Shown here one piece after another: positions 24,117-30,001 of a stretch of 30,001 nucleotides of DNA. A program made the translations under genes and the position numbers. The notes beneath the pieces were generated by a model. That model did no database searches and had not been told where the DNA came from. It was given only the letters and a program-made list of their open reading frames with translations. The stretch's first letter is position 1. Each line of letters starts with the position of its first letter. The DNA is from a virus (lineage: Duplodnaviria > Caudoviricetes): the IMG/VR virus record IMGVR_UViG_3300033407_000090, positions 1 to 30,001 of that record. The stretch is one strand, 5' to 3'.

Positions 24117-24802
24117 TCGTCGTCGACTGCGAGCAGGGCTCGCCCGAGTGGGTGGCGGCGCGGCTCGGCGTGCCGACGGCCTCGGCATTCCACCGGCTCA
24201 TCACGCCGAAGACGGCGAAAGAGAGTGCCGCGTCCGAGGGCTACCTCGCCGAGCTCGTGGCGGAGTGGCTCCTCGGTGAGCCGCTCGACCCCGATGTCTC
24301 GGGGTTCATGACGCGCGGGACGGAGCTCGAGCAGACAGCCATCCGCTTCTACGAGCTCCAGCGCGACGTCGATGTGGCGCGTGTGGGCTTCGTGCTCGCC
24401 GACGATTCCGGGTACGGGTGTTCGCCCGACGGGCTCGTGGGCGAGGACGGCGGCCTGGAGCTCAAGTGTCCGGGCCCCGCCGCGCACGTCCGCCACCTGC
24501 TCGCGCTCGAATACGAGGCGCAGCCGACCGAGTACTACGCGCAGGTGCAAGGGTCGATGTACGTGACCGGTCGCGCGTGGTGGGATTTTTTATCGTACCA
24601 CCCGACGCTGCCGCCGGCCCTCGTCCGATACGCGCGCGACGATGTGTTTTGCGGCAGCCTCGCGGGCATATTGGGCGACTTCTGCGCGCGGCTCGCCGAG
24701 GCAAAAGAAAAGATGATCGCGCGCGGCTATCACCCTCCGGATGGCGCCGTGTCCGGCTGGCTGCGTGCGGCGCTGGAGCGCTCCGTGCAGGCACAGACGT
24801 GA
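24113..24802 (+). CDS. YqaJ / lambda exonuclease family protein
   Basis: QGSPEW…RLG..TAS, MTRGTELE, GCSPDGLV…LELKCP, YYAQVQG.M…WWDF. Confidence 0.93.
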   Translation: MIVVDCEQGSPEWVAARLGVPTASAFHRLITPKTAKESAASEGYLAELVAEWLLGEPLDPDVSGFMTRGTELEQTAIRFYELQRDVDVARVGFVLADDSGYGCSPDGLVGEDGGLELKCPGPAAHVRHLLALEYEAQPTEYYAQVQGSMYVTGRAWWDFLSYHPTLPPALVRYARDDVFCGSLAGILGDFCARLAEAKEKMIARGYHPPDGAVSGWLRAALERSVQAQT

Positions 24803-25401
24803 GCCATCCCCTCGTGTACCTCGACCTCGAATCCACCGGCCTCGACATCGAGACCGCGCGCATCGTCGAGATCGCCCTGCTGCGCGACGATGGCGACACG
24901 CTCGTGAGCGTCGTCCATCCTGGGCGCCCTATCCCGCCGGAGGCGACGGCGGTCCACGGCGTCGCGGACGGCGACGTGGAGATGGCACCCCGCTTCGCCG
25001 AGATCGCCGCGACCGTCCAGGTGTTCCTCGACGGCGCCGTCCTCGTCGGCTACGGCTCGCGGCGGTTTGACGTGCCCCTCCTGGACGCGGAGTTGCGGCG
25101 CGCGGGCCAGCTGGGCATCGACCTCGATACGTCGCGCGAGATCGATCTCTACGAGGTCTGGCGGGCACTGGAGCCGCGCACGCTGGTGGGCGCGATGACC
25201 CACTATCTCGGTATCGTGCTCGCGGGCGCACACGGCGCACTGGCGGACGCCGACGCCGTGCGGGACCTCATGCCGGCCATGATGGCACAGCACGCGGCGA
25301 CCGTCGAGCAGCTGATGGCGCTGAGCCGACCAGCGACGGCGACACGACGCGGGCGCTGCGATCGCTGGGTGCGCACGAGGAGGGCAACCAATGACGAATG
25401 A
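24799..25401 (+). CDS. DnaQ-like DEDDh 3'-5' exonuclease
   Basis: LDLESTGLD, RIVEIA, A.AVHG, RFDVPLL, HGALADA. Confidence 0.9.
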   Translation: MSHPLVYLDLESTGLDIETARIVEIALLRDDGDTLVSVVHPGRPIPPEATAVHGVADGDVEMAPRFAEIAATVQVFLDGAVLVGYGSRRFDVPLLDAELRRAGQLGIDLDTSREIDLYEVWRALEPRTLVGAMTHYLGIVLAGAHGALADADAVRDLMPAMMAQHAATVEQLMALSRPATATRRGRCDRWVRTRRATNDE

Positions 25402-25834
25402 CTCGCGAGCACGAGTGCCGCCCACCATGCGCGGCCTGATCTACGCGGTCGCGGATGTCGCACCCGATGTGCTGGCTGGCGCGATCAGCCGCCCGCACAC
25501 GCCGGAGCGGTGGACGACCATAGAGGGAGACGAACTCCACCATGACTGTCTCCCGTACTGCGGGTGTTTCATCGGATCTCTCGCGATCGCGTGGGCCGAG
25601 CGTGATGGTGATGACTTTGGCTACCCCGGTGGGTATTGGGGTATTTGGTTCGGCGCAGGCGGAGACTCGGCGTTCGACTACGTGCGACAGAAGCTGTACG
25701 CACTCGATTGGGTCTGTGACCCCTGGTGTGCTGGCATAGTGTGCACCACAGACACAGAGGACGCCGCGGCGGTCGAGTATGCGCTCGACGTGCTGGACGC
25801 GAGGGCACACCGGACTCAAGGAGGGCGGGTCTGA
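25391..25834 (+). CDS. Hypothetical protein (147 aa)
   Basis: GGAG RBS; overlaps flanking genes. Confidence 0.6.
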   Translation: MTNDSRARVPPTMRGLIYAVADVAPDVLAGAISRPHTPERWTTIEGDELHHDCLPYCGCFIGSLAIAWAERDGDDFGYPGGYWGIWFGAGGDSAFDYVRQKLYALDWVCDPWCAGIVCTTDTEDAAAVEYALDVLDARAHRTQGGRV

Positions 25835-26679
25835 TGGGTGACCGGTCTGCCATCGAGTGGACAGACGCCACCTGGAATCCCACAGCCGGCTGCACGCGCG
25901 TCAGCGCCGGATGCGACCATTGCTACGCCGCGCGCCTCGCGGCCACGCGACTGCGGCACACCGCGCAGTACGGGGGGCTCGCGACGATCACTCCCAGCGG
26001 GCGCGCGGCGTTCACCGGCGAGGTCCGCCTGCTCCCCGACCGCCTGACGCAGCCGCTCCGGTGGCGGAAGAGGCGCCGCGTGTTCGTCGACTCCATGAGC
26101 GACCTGTTCCATCCGGCGGTGCCGGATGACTACATCGCACAGGTCTTCGCGGTGATGCACCGCGCGAATAGGCACACGTTTCAGGTGCTGACCAAGCGGC
26201 CCGAGCGCATGGCGGCCTGGCTGCGACGCTACGTCATCAGTCTGCCTCACGTCTGGCTCGGCACGTCGTGTGAGACTCAGGCGACAGCGGAGGAGCGCAT
26301 CCCGTGGCTGCTGTGGACGGCGGCGGCGGTGCGGTTCCTGTCGCTCGAACCACTACTCGGACCGATCGACCTGACGGCGGCGCTGGGCTCTCTGTCAGCC
26401 CGCGGTGTGCTCAGCGATGATCCCGGCTATGCCATCGGCAATCTGCGGGACTCGGGGCTCTCGTGGGTGATCGTCGGCGGCGAAAGCGGCCCTAGTGCGC
26501 GGCCATGCGATGTCGAGTGGGTGCGATCGATCATCGACCAGTGCGGACGCGCGGGGATCGCGGTCTTTGTGAAGCAGCTCGGGTCGGCGGGGCTCAAGTC
26601 GCCTCACGGGTCAGATCCGGAGGAGTGGCCGCACGATCTGCGCGTGAGGGACTGGCCAAAAAAGTTGGAGCAAGAATGA
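25834..26679 (+). CDS. DUF5131 / phage Gp37Gp68 family protein
   Basis: IEWTDATWNPTAGCTRVSAGCDHCYA, FVDSMSDLFH, LTKRP, FLSLEPLLG, WVIVGGESG, FVKQLG. Confidence 0.93.
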   Translation: MGDRSAIEWTDATWNPTAGCTRVSAGCDHCYAARLAATRLRHTAQYGGLATITPSGRAAFTGEVRLLPDRLTQPLRWRKRRRVFVDSMSDLFHPAVPDDYIAQVFAVMHRANRHTFQVLTKRPERMAAWLRRYVISLPHVWLGTSCETQATAEERIPWLLWTAAAVRFLSLEPLLGPIDLTAALGSLSARGVLSDDPGYAIGNLRDSGLSWVIVGGESGPSARPCDVEWVRSIIDQCGRAGIAVFVKQLGSAGLKSPHGSDPEEWPHDLRVRDWPKKLEQE

Positions 26680-26828
26680 CGAATGAAACCGAATCGGCAA
26701 GCGAGCCATGTGGTGGCGTGTGCTGTAACTGTGGCTATGGAGGGGCGGCGGAAACGCCATGCCCTTATCGAGACGACGACAGTCATTGCGAGCATTGGTG
26801 GGACGGGACGGACCATGACGAGGAATAA
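26676..26828 (+). CDS. Small Cys/His-rich protein (50 aa)
   Basis: ATGA overlap; CCNCG…CP…HCEHWW. Confidence 0.5.
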   Translation: MTNETESASEPCGGVCCNCGYGGAAETPCPYRDDDSHCEHWWDGTDHDEE

Positions 26829-27147
26829 CGAGACTGCAAGGGAGCATGTGCGCAACGCGCTCCAGCTCCTGATCTGTGAGCCCGCTGCTCCGCTGACATC
26901 GGCTGAGCGCACCGCCATCATTGCACGATTGAGGACGGCGTTACCGCTGATGGTGGAGAATCCCACAGACGTCCCGGACTCGCTGTACCGAGAGGTGTCC
27001 ATCGACTCCGTCATGCGGTACCGTGCTGAGGCGTTCCGCGTACAGGGAAAAATCGTGGATCATGACTACTTCATCGACGTCCACAAGGGCGTTGTGATCT
27101 TCCGGATCTACGTCGTGACCGACGACGAGGCCGACGAGGATGCGTAG
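26815..27147 (+). CDS. Hypothetical protein (110 aa)
   Basis: Overlapping starts and stops; acidic tail. Confidence 0.55.
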   Translation: MTRNNETAREHVRNALQLLICEPAAPLTSAERTAIIARLRTALPLMVENPTDVPDSLYREVSIDSVMRYRAEAFRVQGKIVDHDYFIDVHKGVVIFRIYVVTDDEADEDA

Positions 27148-27418
27148 CCCGTGGCGACAGGTCCCGCGATGGCTCATCGCCGGTGCCGCCTTTTTCGCGG
27201 CCATCGCCTGGCTGCGCACGGCAGACCGGCAGACGTGGGAGTCCGCGCGCGCGCACGGCCGCGCGCTCGCGCTCGCCGAGGCGACACATCTGCTCGCGGT
27301 GCTCGACACGATCCGCACCGGACTGCCGGTGTGTGTGCATCCGGAGGACGAGACGGAGTGGTGGCTGCGGCTGGACCCGCGCACGCTCCCGCCCACAGGC
27401 GGCGAGCGACTACCCTAG
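27140..27418 (+). CDS. Hypothetical protein with N-terminal TM segment
   Basis: GAGG RBS; WLIAGAAFFAAIAWL hydrophobic stretch. Confidence 0.5.
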   Translation: MRSPWRQVPRWLIAGAAFFAAIAWLRTADRQTWESARAHGRALALAEATHLLAVLDTIRTGLPVCVHPEDETEWWLRLDPRTLPPTGGERLP

Positions 27419-27526
27419 AGGATCATCGATGTGCCCGATGGGTCGATGCAGATCTCTGCCGCCGGCACCTTCCCAGTGCCCGATGGAGAGGTGCGCTCGG
27501 AGGTTCCAGTTCACCGAGCTCGGCCC

Positions 27527-28072
27527 ATGAGTGACGTCCTCGTCGCCTGGGACCCCGGGCTCGACTGCTCCGGATACGCGGCCTATTCACGCCGCTGTCT
27601 CGGCACGGGAGTCACAATCGAGGAGCGGGCGGGACCGGCCCTCATCCTCGCGGGGTCGCTGAGCACACAACCCGGCACGGAGCTCGGCGAGCGCATCGAT
27701 CGCTTGTGCCGGCGGGCGCGCGGGCTCTCCCTCGCGCTGCCGCCGGACCAGCTATGGGTCATCGAGCAGCCGGCCAAGAAAGCGGTCTACGCGCGGCATC
27801 GTGCCGCGGGCAGTGTCGCCATGCACCAGTCGCTGATGCTGTGCTCGATGGTGGTCGGCGCGCTCGGCGCGGTGGCGTCGCAGGTCACGGGGCGCCCGCC
27901 GGTCTATGTGCGGGCAGCGCGCGTCCGGAAGGAGATCAAGCAGGCGCTGGGCGCGCGGATCCTGGCGTCGTCGTCGTCGCTGGCGCAGCGGAGCAACGCG
28001 GACACGCGGGACGCGATCTATGTGGGCGCCTGCGCGCTACTGGATGGGTGGGGCAGGACGGGGACGGGATGA
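27527..28072 (+). CDS. RuvC-like Holliday junction resolvase
   Basis: LVAWDPGL..SGYA, WVIEQP, NADTRDA acidic catalytic motifs. Confidence 0.8.
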   Translation: MSDVLVAWDPGLDCSGYAAYSRRCLGTGVTIEERAGPALILAGSLSTQPGTELGERIDRLCRRARGLSLALPPDQLWVIEQPAKKAVYARHRAAGSVAMHQSLMLCSMVVGALGAVASQVTGRPPVYVRAARVRKEIKQALGARILASSSSLAQRSNADTRDAIYVGACALLDGWGRTGTG

Positions 28073-28497
28073 TGAGCCGGGTGCTTTTTTCGGCGCAGTC
28101 GGTACACCACGCCACACCGACCGCCCTCTATGCCGACTTGGATCGCGAGTTCCACTTCACCTTCGACCCGTGCCCGTTGCGATCGGCGGCGCACGACGGA
28201 CTAGCCCGGTCGTGGAAGGGGCATCGCGTGTTCTGCAATCCGCCCTATGGCCGCGGGGTCGGTCAGTGGCTGGCCAAGTCCCGTGAGCCCGACGTGGCGG
28301 TCTACCTGCTGCCAGCACGGACCGATACGCGATGGTGGCACGATTACGCGATGCGGGCCGATGAGATTCGTTTCCTCCGCGGGCGTCTACGATTCGGCGG
28401 GCACAAAGGGAACGCGCCGTTCCCGTCCGTCGTCTTGGTCTACTCCCGGCCCGACTTGCCGCCAGTGACGATATTCCGTAATATACCGACACCATGA
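28069..28497 (+). CDS. Phage N6-adenine DNA methyltransferase (Dam family)
   Basis: ATP, FDPC, FCNPPYG, LLPARTDTRWWH, FLRGRLRF, APFPS. Confidence 0.92.
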   Translation: MMSRVLFSAQSVHHATPTALYADLDREFHFTFDPCPLRSAAHDGLARSWKGHRVFCNPPYGRGVGQWLAKSREPDVAVYLLPARTDTRWWHDYAMRADEIRFLRGRLRFGGHKGNAPFPSVVLVYSRPDLPPVTIFRNIPTP

Positions 28498-28727
28498 CCC
28501 CGGATACTCCTCCCACCCCGATCGTGCGAGATATCGCGATATATCGCCACCAGACGCCCTGTGCGGACCGACACGGCCGGCCCCGCGTCACCGTGTCCGT
28601 CGCCATCGGCATCGAGCTCGCCAGCGCGCTCGATAACGTCGCTCGCCGTCGCTACCTCACGCGCGCGGAGATGCTGCGCGAGATCATCTGCGAATACCTG
28701 GCGGGCGTCGCCGGCCGCGGTGGATAG
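28494..28727 (+). CDS. Ribbon-helix-helix (CopG-like) protein
   Basis: VTVSVAIGIELASALDNVARRRYLTRAEMLREII. Confidence 0.7.
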   Translation: MTPDTPPTPIVRDIAIYRHQTPCADRHGRPRVTVSVAIGIELASALDNVARRRYLTRAEMLREIICEYLAGVAGRGG

Positions 28728-28729
28728 CC

Positions 28730-28879
28730 ATGCCAGACGAGAGCCCCGTCACGGTGTACGCGACGCTGACGACGTGTCCGTCGTGCGGCGGGACGGGTGA
28801 GGCGCCGTCGAGGATGGGCTACTGGGTTCTGTGGTGTGGGCGCTGCCATGGCTTCGGCGTGATTTCGACGCCGGTGTAA
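28730..28879 (+). CDS. 49-aa DnaJ-type zinc-finger protein (below ORF-track cutoff)
   Basis: CPSCGGTG…CGRCHGFG (two CxxCxGxG motifs). Confidence 0.7.
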   Translation: MPDESPVTVYATLTTCPSCGGTGEAPSRMGYWVLWCGRCHGFGVISTPV

Positions 28880-28884
28880 GTGAT

Positions 28885-29781
28885 ATGGCTTACAGTAATC
28901 AAATGACAGGATTCACGAAGCTGTTTACGGGCATCGTCTTTTCGACGGTGTGGCAGGAGCCGCTGCACACGAGGGTCGTCTGGGTCACGATGCTGGCGCT
29001 CGCCGACCGGATGGGCCGGGTGCTCGTCTCGCAACCCGGACTCGCCAAAGCGTCCGGCGTGACGATGGAGCAGTGCACCGAGGCACTCGACTGCTTTCTC
29101 GCGCCGGATCCGTGGTCCCGGACGAAGGCGCACGATGGTCGTCGTATCGAGGAGATCGACGGCGGCTGGCTCCTCCTCAACTACATCGCGTACCGCGAGT
29201 TACGCGATTCCGACGAGCGGCGGATCGCGAACCGTGAGCACGTCCGCGAGCACCGCGCGCGCAAGCGGAAAAAGCCGCATGTAAGCGATGTAAGCGATGT
29301 AAGCAATGTAAGGGCTAGTAAGCCGCATGTAAGCGATGTAAGCAATATACGAGTTAGTAAGCCCAATGCAGATGCAGAAGCAGAAGCAGATGCAGAAGCA
29401 GTAACAGCTCTCTCTCACGCACGCGCGCGCGAGCGCGAGGAAACTGAGCCCCCGCCCGAGCTGACCGATCCCCTGCACCGGAGCGCATGGACCGGGCTCT
29501 GTCGGGCTAGTCCGAATCCGTCCGCATGGGTCGCGTCTGTCCGCGCCGTGACAGACGGGCTGCACCCGCCCGTGTACCCGTGGCCCGTCGTCGGCCAAGC
29601 CCTCGCGGACATCGCGGGCAACGGGCAGGGGCCGAACGTGGCTCTGCTGCGCGCCTGCTGTCGCCGACTCGTCGAGCCGCAGCGTCCCACCGCCGCACAA
29701 AGCCTGACACCGAAACAGCAGCTCGAGCAGCTACGCCAGGATATCGCGGCGGAGAAGGCGGCAGGCGCGCGTCATGCTTGA
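28885..29781 (+). CDS. Phage replication initiator (O-like / replisome organiser)
   Basis: FTKLF..I..STVW…WVTMLALAD, PDPWSR…GRRI…GGWLLLNY..YR N-terminal domain; internal iterons; EAEADAEA linker. Confidence 0.8.
   Translation: MAYSNQMTGFTKLFTGIVFSTVWQEPLHTRVVWVTMLALADRMGRVLVSQPGLAKASGVTMEQCTEALDCFLAPDPWSRTKAHDGRRIEEIDGGWLLLNYIAYRELRDSDERRIANREHVREHRARKRKKPHVSDVSDVSNVRASKPHVSDVSNIRVSKPNADAEAEADAEAVTALSHARAREREETEPPPELTDPLHRSAWTGLCRASPNPSAWVASVRAVTDGLHPPVYPWPVVGQALADIAGNGQGPNVALLRACCRRLVEPQRPTAAQSLTPKQQLEQLRQDIAAEKAAGARHA
29272..29400. repeat. Iteron-like repeats / probable replication origin inside the initiator gene
   Basis: GTAAG at 29281, 29290, 29299, 29308, 29318, 29329, 29338 and 29357 (9-bp ATGTAAGCR units) in an AT-rich patch, followed by GCAGA(A/T) hexamers. 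Confidence 0.75.
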
Positions 29782-30001
29782 CCGCTCCGTCATCGTGGAT
29801 GTCATCGGCGAGATTGGCGAGGTGTTCCCGCTCCGGGCTGACGCGACCATCGGCAGGCTCGCCGCCACATGGGCACGGGTGCTGCACGACGTGCCGGCCG
29901 AGGCGCTGCGGAGAGCGGCGAGGGCCTATCTCTCCTCAGACGCCCGATGGTTTCCCACCCCGGGCCAACTGCGGTCGCTGGCCCTCTCGGGCTGCGATCC
30001 C
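29774..30001 (+). CDS. Probable helicase loader/inhibitor (P-like/G39P-like), 3' truncated by window
   Basis: MLDRSVIV…WARVLHDVPAEALRRAARAYL…WFPTPGQLR; directly follows the initiator. Confidence 0.65.
   Translation, partial: MLDRSVIVDVIGEIGEVFPLRADATIGRLAATWARVLHDVPAEALRRAARAYLSSDARWFPTPGQLRSLALSGCDP

Larger units (their letters stand above)
1..30001. mobile_element. Tailed bacteriophage/prophage genome segment (siphovirus-like); no host genes or integrase visible
   Basis: Continuous, translationally coupled phage gene order: portal, protease/capsid, tail, lysis, divergent HTH switch, recombination, replication. Confidence 0.97.

Noticed and set aside
27416-27530. Possible TAG read-through or frameshift linking the 27140 ORF to the region before the RuvC-like gene (GTGCCCGATGG occurs twice)
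   Set aside because: Two frames are open here but neither has recognisable motifs, and other genes use TAG as a normal coupled stop, so there is no support for recoding

Overview
This window (roughly 70% GC by eye) is about 30 kb of a tailed dsDNA phage or prophage with siphovirus-like organisation. 1-14200 (+) is virion morphogenesis: end of a lambda-type portal, an S49 protease fused to an HK97-fold capsid protein, decoration and head-tail proteins, tail tube, tail chaperone with a -1 frameshift, tape measure, distal tail and tail tip. 14197-19925 (+) is a split lysis region: two membrane proteins flanking a stand-alone CheY-like receiver domain, an XRE HTH, extra structural-like genes, an M15A endolysin and a spanin-like protein. 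22298-30001 (+) holds early recombination and replication genes: ERF, YqaJ exonuclease, DnaQ-like exonuclease, DUF5131, RuvC-like resolvase, Dam, an initiator with internal iterons and a helicase-loader-like gene. The most unusual part is 19937-21834 (-). There, three unrelated gene cassettes are separated by a conserved ~90-115 bp element made of a 3' hairpin arm, a palindromic core and a 5' UTR/RBS arm. The two array ends each carry only the complementary half, and the halves overlap in CCTGCGT, which resembles tandem site-specific cassette integration. One cargo gene resembles the CRISPR-associated protein Csx16, making it a candidate anti-type III ring nuclease. All protein family calls come from motif recognition by eye, not from database searches.
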